Shown: positions 45,058 through 56,830, numbered from the stretch's first letter. The stretch: 64,000 bases of DNA from Maritimibacter sp. (GCA_048268845.1 JBLWUQ010000003.1:213013-277012); one strand, 5' to 3'. Notes: a model not told the origin generated them from the sequence alone. A program made the numbers and translations.

Positions 45058-45321
45058 GTTCGTGCGTCCTTTGTCTTTCGCATGGCGCGGCTTGCAACAC
45101 ACATTCAGGCAAGCGCCCGGACCGACTGGGCGGCAAGAAATCAAGGCGGGTTGGGAGTGAGAAAACCGGCAATCACCCGGATTTCTTGCATCTGCACGGC
45201 GTCTTGCCCGATTTGCGGGCAAAATGTGAACCGGCAGGGCGCGGCTTGCATCCTTGCCTCTCGTCATTGCGACCCCGAGTCGCTAAGTTGCGGGTGAGAG
45301 AGCAGGTCGGACAAAGCAATA

Positions 45322-47511
45322 ATGGCCAAGAACGGTTCCCGGCGCCCACCGCTGGTCGCGGACAAGAGGCAATCACGCGCGCCGCGCAAGGCGGAACCCG
45401 GTCGGCCCAAGGGCCGCAAATCCCGCACGCCCAGACCGCCCAGACGCCGCCTTCCCTGGCTGATCGCCCTGCCGCTCGCGCTGATCCGCTGGGTATTCAG
45501 GGTGTTCTACAAGCTGGCGCTGACCGCTGCCGTCACGCTCGCGCTCCTGCTCGGGGCGGGTATCCTTTATTACACCACCTCGATGCCGTCGCTCGACAAG
45601 CTGGCCGACGGGCGCGCGCGCGGGTCGGTCACGCTGCTTGACCGCTATGGCGATGTGTTCGCCTGGCGCGGCGAGCAATATGGCGGGCTGATCACCGTCG
45701 ACAACGTCTCGGACGTGCTGAAAAACGCCGTGGTCGCGACCGAGGACAAGCGCTTCTATCGCCATTTCGGCATCAGCCCGCGCGGCGTCGCCGGTGCCAT
45801 CCGCATCAACCTGTCGGAAGGGCGCGGGCCGCTGTCCGGGCATGGCGGCTCGACCATCACCCAGCAGACTGCAAAACTCGTGTGCCTGGGTGTGCCCTAC
45901 GATCCGGCCAGCGGCATGACCGATGCCGAATACGAGGCCGATTGCCGCCAGTCGAACCTGTGGCGCAAGGTCAAGGAAGCCGTCTACGCGATGGCGCTCG
46001 AGGTGAAGTTCTCCAAGGACGAGATCCTGACGATCTACCTCAACCGCGCCTTTCTGGGCTCGGGGGCCTATGGGTTCGAGGCCGCCAGCCAGCGCTATTT
46101 CGGCAAGTCCGCCGGCGAGATCGACACCTCCGAGGCGGCCGTTCTGGCCGGTGCCCTGACCGCGCCGACGCGCTACGCGCCGACCAATGACCTCGACCGC
46201 AGCTGGGACCGCGCGCTGACCGTCATCAAGCTGATGGAAGAACAGGGCTATCTCACCGCCGCCGAAGCCGCGCAGGCGCGCGCCAATCCGGCCCGATTGT
46301 CCGACGCCGCCGAGGCGCGGGCGGGCGGTTATTTCGCCGACTGGATGATGAATACCGGGCCGGCCTTCCTGACCCGCGACACCACCGAAGACGTCTTCAT
46401 CCGCACGACCTTCGATCAGGACATCCAGAAAGCCGCCGAAGAGGCGCTGGCCTGGGTGTTCGAGAACAAGATCAGCCCGGAATCCCTGGCCCAGGCCGCG
46501 ATCGTGGTGATGAGCTCGGACGGCGCCGTGCGCGGCATGGTCGGCGGGCGCAAGACCAAGGTCACGGGCGCCTTCAACCGCGCGACGATGGCACGGCGCC
46601 AGACCGGATCGGCGTTCAAGCCTTTCGTCTATGCCGCGGCGCTCGACCTTGGCTGGCGCTATGACAGCATCATCGAGGACGCGCCCCTTACCATCGACAT
46701 CCCCGGCTCGGGGCCATGGACCCCGACCAACTACACCAACGATTTCAGGGGCTGGGTGACGCTGACCGACGCGCTGGCCAATTCGCTCAACATCCCGGCG
46801 GTGAAACTCTCCGAGGCAGTGGGGCGCGAGAACGTGCGCACCGTCGCGTCCATGTTCGGCATCGAGAGCGATCTGGCGCTTGGCCCGGCGCTGGCGCTCG
46901 GCGCGTCCGAATCGACGCTGCTCGAGATGACCGGCGCCTATGCCGGCATCCTCAACGGCGGCTCGTCGGTGACGCCCTACGGTCTGGTTGAACTGCGCCT
47001 GCTGGGCGACGATGCGCCCCTGATGGAACAGGAAGGCGGCATGGGCGAGCGGGTGATCTCGCCCCAAGCCGCGCAACAGCTGACCTACATGATGCGTCAG
47101 GTGATCCTTCACGGCAGCGGTCGGCGCGCCAACCTGCCCGACCGCGAGGCCGCCGGCAAGACAGGCACCACCACCGCGGCGCGCGACGCATGGTTCCTCG
47201 GGTTCACCGCCGATTATGTCACCGGCGTCTGGATGGGCTATGACGACAACACGCCGCTCAAGGGCACCACCGGCGGGGGCCTTCCGGCCGAGATCTGGCG
47301 CGAGACGATGGAGCGGGTCCACAGGGACCTGCCGCCGCGCCCACTGCCGATGATCCGTCCCGACGCGCTCCCGGAGGTCTCGCAGGGATTCGGCGGTCCC
47401 GGCACGGGTTTCGAAGGCACGGGCTTCGAAGGCACCGGCACCGCGTCTCCCGCCCCCGCGCCCGACAGCCTGCTCGGCGTGCTGCGCTCAATCCTCGGGA
47501 TCGGCAACTAA
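45322..47511 (+). CDS. class A penicillin-binding protein (transglycosylase/transpeptidase)
   Basis: 729-aa ORF. GT51 motifs are EDKRFYRHFGI and GGSTITQQ. Transpeptidase motifs are SAFKP (SxxK), SLN and KTGT. Confidence 0.9.
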   Translation: MAKNGSRRPPLVADKRQSRAPRKAEPGRPKGRKSRTPRPPRRRLPWLIALPLALIRWVFRVFYKLALTAAVTLALLLGAGILYYTTSMPSLDKLADGRARGSVTLLDRYGDVFAWRGEQYGGLITVDNVSDVLKNAVVATEDKRFYRHFGISPRGVAGAIRINLSEGRGPLSGHGGSTITQQTAKLVCLGVPYDPASGMTDAEYEADCRQSNLWRKVKEAVYAMALEVKFSKDEILTIYLNRAFLGSGAYGFEAASQRYFGKSAGEIDTSEAAVLAGALTAPTRYAPTNDLDRSWDRALTVIKLMEEQGYLTAAEAAQARANPARLSDAAEARAGGYFADWMMNTGPAFLTRDTTEDVFIRTTFDQDIQKAAEEALAWVFENKISPESLAQAAIVVMSSDGAVRGMVGGRKTKVTGAFNRATMARRQTGSAFKPFVYAAALDLGWRYDSIIEDAPLTIDIPGSGPWTPTNYTNDFRGWVTLTDALANSLNIPAVKLSEAVGRENVRTVASMFGIESDLALGPALALGASESTLLEMTGAYAGILNGGSSVTPYGLVELRLLGDDAPLMEQEGGMGERVISPQAAQQLTYMMRQVILHGSGRRANLPDREAAGKTGTTTAARDAWFLGFTADYVTGVWMGYDDNTPLKGTTGGGLPAEIWRETMERVHRDLPPRPLPMIRPDALPEVSQGFGGPGTGFEGTGFEGTGTASPAPAPDSLLGVLRSILGIGN

Positions 47512-47617
47512 ACCGCGAAAAAAAGCCCCCGCCTGCCCCCTGCGCCGTTAACCGAAACGTAGGGCCGATGGTGCAATCTGGCGCGGTGTTTGGTGCATCG
47601 CGCGGGAAAGGGGCCAG

Positions 47618-49363
47618 ATGACCCCGGCGGAAGAACAGGGCAGGCAGGAATTGCGCACGCATCGGCGTGCGGTCACAGGGCTGTTGGCCGCGGTCGCGCT
47701 GTTCTCGGTCTTCGTCAACCTCCTGATGCTGACCGGGCCGTTGTTCATGCTGCAGGTCTATGACCGCGTGCTGGGCAGCCGGTCCGAGGAAACGCTGCTG
47801 GCTCTGGTCATCCTGATGGCGTTTCTCTTCACGATCATGGGGGTGCTCGATTTCGCCCGTGGCCGGGTGCTGGCGCGCATCGGCGCGCGGTTTCAGGCCG
47901 GGCTGGATCGGCGGGTGTTCTCGGCGATGCTCAAGCGCGATGCGGGCGACCCCGCGGGCACGGCCCGGCGCGGCAATGCCCTACGCGATCTCGAGGCGGT
48001 GCAGCGGCTGATGTCATCGCCGGTGTTCACGGCGGTGTTCGACCTGCCATTCACGCCATTGTTTCTGGCAGGCATCCTGATCTTTCACCCGATGCTCGGC
48101 GCGCTGGCGCTGGCGGGCGGCGGGGTGCTGATGGTCGTGGCCGCCCTGAACCAGATCCTGACCGCCGCGCCGGTTCGCAATGCCAACGCCGCGATGCGTG
48201 CGGCCGATCATGTCGCCGAACACCTGCGGGCCGAGGCCGAAATGGTGCAGGCGCTGGGCATGTCGGCGAACGCCTTTCGGCGCTGGCAGACCGCCCGGCA
48301 GAAGGCGCTGGCCGACACCATCCTGTCGTCGGATCGCGCCGGACGGTTCTCGGCCCTGTCGCGCACCTTCCGGCTGTTCCTGCAATCGGCGATGCTCGGG
48401 CTCGGTGCCTATCTGGTGCTGCGCGGTGAGCTGACGGCGGGCGCGATGATCGCCGCCTCGATCCTGCTTGGCCGCGCGCTTGCCCCGGTCGACCTGGCGA
48501 TCGGCCAATGGCAGCTAGTCCAACGCGCGCGGCACGGCTGGCAGGGGCTGATCCAACTGCTCAGCACCGTCCCGCCCGAGGCGCGGCGCATCGCCTTGCC
48601 GCGCCCGCGCGCGCATCTGGTCGTCGAAAGCCTGACCGTGGTGCCGCCCGGCCTGACCCAGCCCGCACTGCGGGGCGTCAGTTTCACGGTGATGCCCGGC
48701 GAAGCGCTTGGTGTGATCGGCCCATCCGGCGCTGGCAAATCGACGCTGGCACGCGCGATCACCGGCGTCTGGCGGCCCGCCGCGGGCAGGATCAGGCTCG
48801 ATGGCGCGGCGCTCGACCAGTTCGACCCGGACGCACTTGGCCAGCATGTTGGCTATCTGCCGCAGCGGGTGCAGATGTTCGACGGCACCATCGCCGAAAA
48901 CATCGCCGGGCTGGCCGACCCGCCCGACGATGCCGCCGTCGTCGCTGCCGCCCGCAAGGCCGCCGCGCATGAGGTGATCCTTGCCCTGCCCGATGGCTAC
49001 AACACCCGGATCAGCGGTGGTGGCGGCATCCTGTCGGGCGGTCAGATGCAGCGCATCGCACTGGCGCGGGCGATGTATGGCGACCCGGTCGTGCTGGTGC
49101 TGGATGAGCCCAATTCGAGCCTCGACAACGACGGCAGCATCGCGCTGAACACCGCGATTCGCGCGATCAAGGCCGCGGGTGGCGCGGTGCTGATCATGGC
49201 GCACAGACCGGCGGCGATTGCCGAGTGTGACAAGCTGCTGGTGCTGGCGCATGGCACGGTCAAGGCCTTCGGTCCGCGTGATGAGGTGCTGGCTCGCAGC
49301 GTGCAGAACGCCCAGCACTTGCACGTGGCGCGCGCGGTCGGCCAGAGCGGCGATGTGACATGA
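47618..49363 (+). CDS. type I secretion system permease/ATPase (PrtD/HasD-like, no peptidase domain)
   Basis: 581-aa ORF with a six-helix N-terminal TMD. Walker [10 protein letters not shown], signature [14 protein letters not shown], Walker [12 protein letters not shown]. Confidence 0.88.
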   Translation: MTPAEEQGRQELRTHRRAVTGLLAAVALFSVFVNLLMLTGPLFMLQVYDRVLGSRSEETLLALVILMAFLFTIMGVLDFARGRVLARIGARFQAGLDRRVFSAMLKRDAGDPAGTARRGNALRDLEAVQRLMSSPVFTAVFDLPFTPLFLAGILIFHPMLGALALAGGGVLMVVAALNQILTAAPVRNANAAMRAADHVAEHLRAEAEMVQALGMSANAFRRWQTARQKALADTILSSDRAGRFSALSRTFRLFLQSAMLGLGAYLVLRGELTAGAMIAASILLGRALAPVDLAIGQWQLVQRARHGWQGLIQLLSTVPPEARRIALPRPRAHLVVESLTVVPPGLTQPALRGVSFTVMPGEALGVIGPSGAGKSTLARAITGVWRPAAGRIRLDGAALDQFDPDALGQHVGYLPQRVQMFDGTIAENIAGLADPPDDAAVVAAARKAAAHEVILALPDGYNTRISGGGGILSGGQMQRIALARAMYGDPVVLVLDEPNSSLDNDGSIALNTAIRAIKAAGGAVLIMAHRPAAIAECDKLLVLAHGTVKAFGPRDEVLARSVQNAQHLHVARAVGQSGDVT

Positions 49364-50673
49364 GCACCGCGCGGCAGGACGCGGGATGGTCGGCGCGCAA
49401 CCCGTTGATCCTCGGGTTTCTGGCGCTCGCTTTGCTGGTGGGCGGGTTCGGCACCTGGGCCACCACGACCCGCATCGCCGGCGCGATCATCGCGCTCGGC
49501 GCGATCGAGGTCGAACAGAACCGCCAGGTCGTGCAACACCTCGACGGCGGCATCGTCGCCAGCATCGAGGTGCGCGAGGGCGATCTGGTCGAAGCCGGGC
49601 AGGTTCTGATCCGCCTCGACGCCGAAGATGTCACCTCGGACCTCACCATAGTCGAAAGCCAGCTGTTCGAGTTGATCGCCCGCCGAGGCAGGCTCGAGGC
49701 CGAGCGCGACGACGCGCGTGACGTGGTTTTTTCCCCCGAGCTTATGGAGACCGCCGAAACCAATGCCGACATCGCAGCGATGCTCGACGGCAACCGGCGG
49801 CTCTTTCGCCAGCGGCGCGACAACCTCTGGTCATCGGTCGAGCAACTTGAAAAGCGCGCCGCCCAGATCGCCAGCCAGATCGGCGGCATCAGCGCGCAAC
49901 GGGGTGCGCTGGACGCGCAGTCGCGGCTGATCGCCGAGGAACTGGCCAGCCAGCAGACCTTGCTCGACAAGGGGCTGGCGCAGGCTTCGCGCGTGCTGGC
50001 GTTGCGGCGCGAACAGGCTCGGCTGGCGGGCTCGCTGGGTGAGGTCGTTGCCGCCGGGGCGCAGGCCGAGGGACGGATCACCGAGATCGACATCGAGATC
50101 GCACGCCTTCAGGCCAAGCACCGCGAAGAGGCGTCCGAGGCGCTGAGCGCGATCGAGGGGCGCGAGCTTGAACTTGCCGAACGCCGCCGCGCCCTGCGCC
50201 ACCGGCGCGATCGGCTCGACATCCGCGCGCCGGTGTCCGGGGCAGTTCACGCGATGCAGATCTTTGGCGAGGGTGCGGTGATCCGGCCCGCCCAACCCGT
50301 ACTGTTCATCGTGCCTCAGGACCGACCCCTGATCATCGGCGTCCGGGTCGCGCCAATTCATGTCGACCAGATCCGCGTCGGCCAACCGGTCTTGCTGCGC
50401 CTTGCCGCCTTCAACAGTCGGACGACGCCCGAACTGGCCGGCACCGTCCGGTCGATATCGCCCGATGCGCTGACCGATGACGTCACCGGCCAGCGCTTCT
50501 ATCGCGCGCGCATCGAGATGCCGGAGGGCGAGGTCGACAAATTGCCCGCAGGCACAACGCTGATCCCCGGCATGCCGGTCGACGCCTACCTGCGCACCGG
50601 CGACCGCAGCCCGCTCGCCTATCTGGTCAAGCCACTTGCGGATTATTTCAACAAGGCCCTGCGCGAGGACTAG
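49360..50673 (+). CDS. HlyD family type I secretion periplasmic adaptor subunit
   Basis: 437-aa ORF with an ATGA overlap on the ABC gene. It has one N-terminal TM helix, a long coiled coil, and the C-terminal beta-barrel motif [22 protein letters not shown]. Confidence 0.88.
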   Translation: MSTARQDAGWSARNPLILGFLALALLVGGFGTWATTTRIAGAIIALGAIEVEQNRQVVQHLDGGIVASIEVREGDLVEAGQVLIRLDAEDVTSDLTIVESQLFELIARRGRLEAERDDARDVVFSPELMETAETNADIAAMLDGNRRLFRQRRDNLWSSVEQLEKRAAQIASQIGGISAQRGALDAQSRLIAEELASQQTLLDKGLAQASRVLALRREQARLAGSLGEVVAAGAQAEGRITEIDIEIARLQAKHREEASEALSAIEGRELELAERRRALRHRRDRLDIRAPVSGAVHAMQIFGEGAVIRPAQPVLFIVPQDRPLIIGVRVAPIHVDQIRVGQPVLLRLAAFNSRTTPELAGTVRSISPDALTDDVTGQRFYRARIEMPEGEVDKLPAGTTLIPGMPVDAYLRTGDRSPLAYLVKPLADYFNKALRED

Positions 50674-50730
50674 AACCCCCCCGCCGCAGCCGGTAGCGTT
50701 GCGCCGAAACGCAACGAAAGGATTATCATC

Positions 50731-51192
50731 ATGAGCGGATTCGAAAAACGGCTGGCCGAGCTTGGCGTCACCCTGCCCGACGCCCCGGCGCCCGCAGCCA
50801 ATTACGTGCCCTACGTAGTGGTGGGCGACCTCGTGTTCATTTCGGGTCAGGTCTCGATGGCGGACGGCGCCTTTATCACCGGCAAGCTGGGCGCCGAACT
50901 GGATGTCGCTGCCGGTGCGGCCGCCGCCAGGACCTGTGCGATCAGCCTGTTGGCGCAGCTCAAGGCGGCCTGTGGCGGCGACCTTGACCGGCTCAAGCGG
51001 GCGGTAAAGCTGACCGGCTTCGTCAATTCCACTGCAGATTTCACCGACCAGCCGAAGGTCGTGAACGGTGCGTCTGACTTTCTGGTCGAGGTGTTTGGCG
51101 ATGCTGGGCGGCACTCGCGCTCGGCGGTTTCGGTAGCTTCGCTGCCCTTCGGCACCTCCGTCGAGATCGAGGGAATTTTCCAACTGAAATGA
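50731..51192 (+). CDS. RidA/YjgF family protein
   Basis: 153-aa ORF. NYVPYVVVGDLVFISGQ and the C-terminal RSAVSVASLPFGTSVEIE are typical of the RidA family. Confidence 0.85.
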   Translation: MSGFEKRLAELGVTLPDAPAPAANYVPYVVVGDLVFISGQVSMADGAFITGKLGAELDVAAGAAAARTCAISLLAQLKAACGGDLDRLKRAVKLTGFVNSTADFTDQPKVVNGASDFLVEVFGDAGRHSRSAVSVASLPFGTSVEIEGIFQLK

Positions 51193-51956
51193 CGCCGCTG
51201 CCTCCGGCCTTCCTCGGCCCGCCACTGGCACATCGCGCCTATCACGACCTTACCGCCGGCCGCCCGGAAAACTCGCGCGCTGCGATCCGGGCGGCGATCG
51301 CAGCGCGCTATGGCGTCGAGATCGACGTGCAGATGTCGGCCGATGGCGTTGCGATGGTGTTTCACGACTACCTTCTGGAACGCCTCACCGGGCGGCCCGG
51401 CGCAGTGCAGCACTTCAGCGCCGCCGATCTTGCCACGACCCGGCTGATCGGCGGCGGCGAGGGCATTCCAACGCTGGCCGAGGTTGTGGCGCTGATCGCG
51501 GGCCGGGCACCGCTGCTGATCGAGATCAAGGATCAGGACGGCGCGATGGGGCCGGATGTCGGGCGGTTGGAAGCTGCCGTCGCGGCTGACCTTGCCGGTT
51601 ACGGCGGCCCGGTCGCGGTGATGTCGTTCAATCCGCATTCCGTCGCGGCCTTCGGCGCCGCCGCCCCGGATATCGCGCGCGGGCTGACGAGTTGCGCCTT
51701 CGTCCCCGAAGACTGGCCGTCCCTGAACGAAAGAACCCTCGTGGCCCTGCGCGGGATGCCCGACATCGACCGGATCGGCGCGACGTTCATCAGCCACGAC
51801 GCCAGCGACCTGACCAATCCGCGCGTCGCCGAGCTGAAGGCGCAGGGTCTGCCTGTGCTGTGCTGGACCATCCGCTCGCCCGAGGCCGAAACACAAGCGC
51901 GTGAGATCGCCGACAACGTGACCTTCGAAGGCTACGCCGCCGCCCTGCCCGCTTGA
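51189..51956 (+). CDS. glycerophosphodiester phosphodiesterase family protein
   Basis: 255-aa ORF with a 4-nt overlap. GDPD-type motifs are AHRAYHD..ENS and GVEIDVQMSADG..VFHD. Confidence 0.8.
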   Translation: MTPLPPAFLGPPLAHRAYHDLTAGRPENSRAAIRAAIAARYGVEIDVQMSADGVAMVFHDYLLERLTGRPGAVQHFSAADLATTRLIGGGEGIPTLAEVVALIAGRAPLLIEIKDQDGAMGPDVGRLEAAVAADLAGYGGPVAVMSFNPHSVAAFGAAAPDIARGLTSCAFVPEDWPSLNERTLVALRGMPDIDRIGATFISHDASDLTNPRVAELKAQGLPVLCWTIRSPEAETQAREIADNVTFEGYAAALPA

Positions 51957-52004
51957 CGCCCCGAACCCCGTCGCCTCCAATGCACCCGTAAGGCAGGCAG
52001 GATC

Positions 52005-53174
<1,170 letters not shown>

Positions 53175-53221
53175 ACTTGTCGGGCTCGGATCATATATTC
53201 AAATAAACGAATGGAGCAAAC

Positions 53222-53608
53222 ATGACCTATACCATTGACCGCAAATTTCCCGGCGCCGACTTCGACGAGATCGACGCGCGCACCCGCAAGGCCCTGGCCG
53301 ATAACGGCTTTGGCGTGCTGACCGAGATCGACGTCAAGGCGACGATGAAGAAGAAGATCGACAAGGACATGGATGGCTATCGAATCCTTGGCGCCTGCAA
53401 TCCGGGCATGGCCTGGGAGGCGATCGGGCAGGAGCCGCGCGTCGGCGCGATGCTGCCCTGCAACGTCATCCTGCGCGAGGTTGACGGCGGCGTCGAGGTT
53501 TCGGCGGTCGATCCGCTGGCCTCGATGGCCGGGATCGACAACGACAAGTTGAAAGCGGTCGCCGGCAAGGTCGGTGACATGATGAAGACTGTGGTTGCCG
53601 CGATCTGA
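53222..53608 (+). CDS. DUF302 domain-containing protein
   Basis: 128-aa ORF. GFGVLTEIDVKATMKKK...YRILGACNP is the DUF302 hallmark. Confidence 0.8.
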   Translation: MTYTIDRKFPGADFDEIDARTRKALADNGFGVLTEIDVKATMKKKIDKDMDGYRILGACNPGMAWEAIGQEPRVGAMLPCNVILREVDGGVEVSAVDPLASMAGIDNDKLKAVAGKVGDMMKTVVAAI

Positions 53609-53641
53609 GGTGACGGGGCCGCCTTGCGCGGCCCCGACCTT

Positions 53642-54130
53642 CTACAGCGCGTCCAGCATCGTCTCGCCCGCCGAGATCTCGCACTGGCCGGGCGAATCCT
53701 CGACGTTCAGCACCTTGACCACCCCGTCGACCACCAGCATGGAATAGCGTTTCGACCGCGCGATCAGCCCGGCGGGCGGCGCGTCAAAGCGCATTCCGAT
53801 TGCTTCGGTGAATTCGGCCGCCGGATCGCCCAGCATGGTGATGCCCGCCTGCGAAGCCCCGGTGTCGCGCCCCCAGACATCCATCACGAAGGCGTCGTTG
53901 ACGGCGACGCAGATCACCTCGTCGACGCCCTTCGCGCGCAAATCGTCATGCACCCGGATGAAGCTGGGCACATGCGCCGAATGGCATGTCGGCGTATAGG
54001 CACCGGGCACCGCGAAGATCACCACGGTCCGTCCCTTGAGCTTGTCGCCCAGCGCCACCTGCTCCGGCCCGTCCGGCCCCATGCCCGACAGATTTGCCCC
54101 CGGTAGCCTGTCACCCACTGCGATTGTCAT
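53642..54130 (-). CDS. peroxiredoxin (Prx5 subfamily)
   Basis: 162-aa ORF with the peroxidatic-Cys motif VPGAYTPTCH and a Prx5-like size. Confidence 0.9.
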   Translation of the reverse strand: MTIAVGDRLPGANLSGMGPDGPEQVALGDKLKGRTVVIFAVPGAYTPTCHSAHVPSFIRVHDDLRAKGVDEVICVAVNDAFVMDVWGRDTGASQAGITMLGDPAAEFTEAIGMRFDAPPAGLIARSKRYSMLVVDGVVKVLNVEDSPGQCEISAGETMLDAL

Positions 54131-54208
54131 TTGCTTGTCTCCTGTTCACGTTTGCGTTCCATATACCCACGACTATAGGGTTCTGGACCAGAGGGATAAG
54201 AGGATATC

Positions 54209-55417
54209 GTGATGAGTCATGTGGTTGTGATCGGGGCCGGGCAGGCCGCGGCGTCGCTGGTGGCGAAGCTGCGGCAGAAGGGCTTTGACGGGCGGATCAC
54301 GGTGATCGGCGACGAACCCGCGCCGCCCTATCAACGCCCGCCGCTGTCCAAGGCCTATCTGCTGGGCGAGATGGAGTTGGAGCGGCTTTATCTCAGGCCA
54401 CACAGCTTCTACGACGATCACCACATCACGCTGCGGCTGGGCGAACGGGTCGACGCGATCGACCGCGAGGCGAAGGTCCTGCATGTCGGAGGGCACCGGG
54501 TTTCCTATGACATTCTGGCGCTGACCACCGGGTCGGTGCCCAACCGGCTGCCGGCGAAGATCGGCGGCGATCTGCGCGGGGTCTACACGGTTCGCACGCT
54601 GGCCGATGTCGACGGCATGGCGCACGAGTTCGCCGAGGGCCGGCGCGTGCTGGTGATCGGCGGCGGCTATATCGGGCTTGAGGCGGCGGCGGTGGCGGCC
54701 AGGAAGGGGTTGAAGGTCACGCTGATCGAGATGGCAGAGCGCATCCTGCAACGGGTCGCGGCGCCCGAAACCTCGACGTTCTTCCGCAAGCTGCACGGCG
54801 AGCACGGTGTCGATATTCGCGAGGGCTGTGGGCTCAGGGCGCTTACCGGAGAGGGTCATGTGAGCGGCGCGGAGCTGACCGATGGCAGCCATCTCGACGT
54901 CGATTTCGTCATTGTCGGAGTCGGCATCCGTCCCGATACCGGGCTGGCCGAGGAGGCCGGGCTTGAGATCGACAACGGCATCAAGGTCGACGCCCACGGG
55001 CGCACCTCGGATGCCTCGATCTGGGCGGCGGGCGATTGCGCCTCGTTCCCGCAAGGGGGTGGCAGGCTGCGGCTGGAAAGCGTCGGCAACGCCATCGACA
55101 TGGGCGAGTTGGTGGCCGAGAACATGATGGGCGCGGGTATCGAATATGTCGCGAAACCGTGGTTCTGGTCGGATCAGTATGACGTGAAACTGCAGATCGC
55201 GGGGCTCAGCACCGGCTATGACGACATTGTCGCGCGCGCCTCCGATGGCGGCGAGAGTTTCTGGTATTTCCGTGGCGAAACCCTGATCGCAGTGGACGCA
55301 ATGAACGATCCGCGCGCCTACATGGTCGGCAAGCGCCTGATCGAGTCCGGCAGATCCGCCGACAAGGCCATCGTTGCCGACCCGGACAGCGACCTCAAGG
55401 CGCTGCTCAAGGCGTGA
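54209..55417 (+). CDS. NAD(P)/FAD-dependent oxidoreductase (ferredoxin reductase type)
   Basis: 402-aa ORF with two dinucleotide-binding motifs (VVIGAGQAA, VIGGGYIGLE) and WAAGDCA. It resembles putidaredoxin/rubredoxin reductase-type enzymes. Confidence 0.85.
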   Translation: MMSHVVVIGAGQAAASLVAKLRQKGFDGRITVIGDEPAPPYQRPPLSKAYLLGEMELERLYLRPHSFYDDHHITLRLGERVDAIDREAKVLHVGGHRVSYDILALTTGSVPNRLPAKIGGDLRGVYTVRTLADVDGMAHEFAEGRRVLVIGGGYIGLEAAAVAARKGLKVTLIEMAERILQRVAAPETSTFFRKLHGEHGVDIREGCGLRALTGEGHVSGAELTDGSHLDVDFVIVGVGIRPDTGLAEEAGLEIDNGIKVDAHGRTSDASIWAAGDCASFPQGGGRLRLESVGNAIDMGELVAENMMGAGIEYVAKPWFWSDQYDVKLQIAGLSTGYDDIVARASDGGESFWYFRGETLIAVDAMNDPRAYMVGKRLIESGRSADKAIVADPDSDLKALLKA

Positions 55418-55974
55418 GGATCATTGCCGGGCAATATCGCGGCCTGACGCTGGCCTCTGTCGGCAAGGGCGACGCGGCGGCGCATCTGCGCCCGACCTCG
55501 GACCGGGTGCGCGAAAGCCTGTTCTCGATGCTGGCGGGCGGGCGGTTCGGCGATCCGATCACCGATGCACGGGTCCTCGACCTGTTTGCTGGCACCGGCG
55601 CGCTGGGGCTCGAGGCGCTGTCGCGCGGCGCGGCCTGGGCCACTTTCGTCGATGACGGGCGCGTGGCGGCGCAGTTGATCCGCCAGAACATCGCCAAATG
55701 CCGCGCCGAGGGCGAAACGGCGTTCATCACCCGCGACGCCATCCGGCTCGGGCCGAACCCCGGCGCGGCGCATGACCTCGTGTTCCTCGACCCGCCCTAT
55801 GGCATGGGGTTGGGGGAAAAGGCACTGGCGGCGGCGCTTGCGGGCGGCTGGATCGCGCCGCGTGCCCTGGTGGTGTGGGAGGACAGCGCCGCCATGCCAC
55901 CGCCAGAGGGCTTCACGGCATTGGACAGCCGCAGATACGGCGATACCTGGATCACGTTGCTGGAGGCGTCATGA
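55414..55974 (+). CDS. rsmD: 16S rRNA (guanine966-N2)-methyltransferase
   Basis: 186-aa ORF with a GTGA overlap. Motifs RIIAGQYRG, LRPTSDRVRE, DLFAGTGALGLEALSRG and DPPY are present. Confidence 0.85.
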   Translation: MRIIAGQYRGLTLASVGKGDAAAHLRPTSDRVRESLFSMLAGGRFGDPITDARVLDLFAGTGALGLEALSRGAAWATFVDDGRVAAQLIRQNIAKCRAEGETAFITRDAIRLGPNPGAAHDLVFLDPPYGMGLGEKALAAALAGGWIAPRALVVWEDSAAMPPPEGFTALDSRRYGDTWITLLEAS

Positions 55975-55990
55975 CCGGGTTTGGCGAGCG

Positions 55991-56830
55991 CTATTCCCGC
56001 TCATAGGTCGGGTGGAATTTTCCGGCAGGCGACAGCGTGAAGATCTCGACCCCGGTCGCGGTCACGCCGACCGAGTGCTCGAACTGCGCCGACAGCGACT
56101 TGTCGCGCGTCACCGCCGTCCAGTCATCGGCCAGAACCTTGGTTTCGGGACGGCCAAGGTTCACCATCGGCTCGATCGTGAAGAACATGCCTTCTTCCAG
56201 AACCGGCCCCGATCCGGCGCGGCCGTAATGCAGCACGTTGGGCGGCGCGTGGAACACCCGCCCCAGCCCGTGCCCGCAAAAGTCGCGCACCACGCTCATC
56301 CGCTGCGCCTCGACATAGGTCTGGATCGCGGCGCCGATGTCGCCGAAGGTATTGCCCGGCCTGACCGCCTCGATCCCCTTCATCAGCGCCTCATGCGTCA
56401 CCTCGATCAGCCGTTCGGCCTTGCGCGGCAGTTTTCCCGCCACATACATCCGCGAGGTGTCGCCGAACCAGCCATCGACGATCACCGTCACGTCGACGTT
56501 CAGGATATCGCCGTCCTTCAGCCGCTTGTCCGACGGGATGCCGTGGCAGACGACATGGTTGATCGAGATGCAGGTGGCGTGCTGATAGCCCTTGTAGCCG
56601 ATCGTTGCCGAGGTCGCGCCGGCCTCGTTCACCATGTCCTCGACGGCCTTGTCGATCTCGCCGGTGCTCGCCCCCGGCTGCACCATCGGGGCGACGCGGT
56701 CGAGGATCTCGGCCGCCAGACGCCCGGCCTTGCGCATACCCTCGAAATCCGCGTCTTCATGGATGCGAATTCCGTTCTTGGTGATGCGGCCGCGAGTGTC
56801 CACTGGTCTCTCCTTCGGTATTTGGGGCAT
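55991..56830 (-). CDS. map: type I methionyl aminopeptidase
   Basis: Track ORF 55991-56917, with start at MPQIPKERP (ATG 56830), giving a 279-aa Map-sized protein. Motifs CHGIP, DILNVDVT, GHGLG and FTIEP are present. Confidence 0.9.
   Translation of the reverse strand: MPQIPKERPVDTRGRITKNGIRIHEDADFEGMRKAGRLAAEILDRVAPMVQPGASTGEIDKAVEDMVNEAGATSATIGYKGYQHATCISINHVVCHGIPSDKRLKDGDILNVDVTVIVDGWFGDTSRMYVAGKLPRKAERLIEVTHEALMKGIEAVRPGNTFGDIGAAIQTYVEAQRMSVVRDFCGHGLGRVFHAPPNVLHYGRAGSGPVLEEGMFFTIEPMVNLGRPETKVLADDWTAVTRDKSLSAQFEHSVGVTATGVEIFTLSPAGKFHPTYERE

Noticed and set aside
45084-45250. Possible sigma-54 (-24 GG / -12 GC) promoters at TGGCGCGGCTTGCA and GGCAGGGCGCGGCTTGCA
   Set aside because: In the copy that begins with TGG, the GG-to-GC spacing is 8 nt instead of the strict 10. 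No GG sits at the right distance in the second copy. Both are on the strand opposite to amt. They are therefore reported only as a direct repeat.
45373-47322. 649-aa ORF on the minus strand
   Set aside because: It is antisense to the class A PBP gene, which carries all GT51 and transpeptidase motifs.
47401-47439. 15-nt tandem repeat GGCACGGG(T/C)TTCGAA x2 plus a partial copy
   Set aside because: It lies in frame inside the PBP C-terminal tail and encodes GTGFEGTGFEGTG. This is a low-complexity coding repeat, not a CRISPR, satellite or mobile-element feature.
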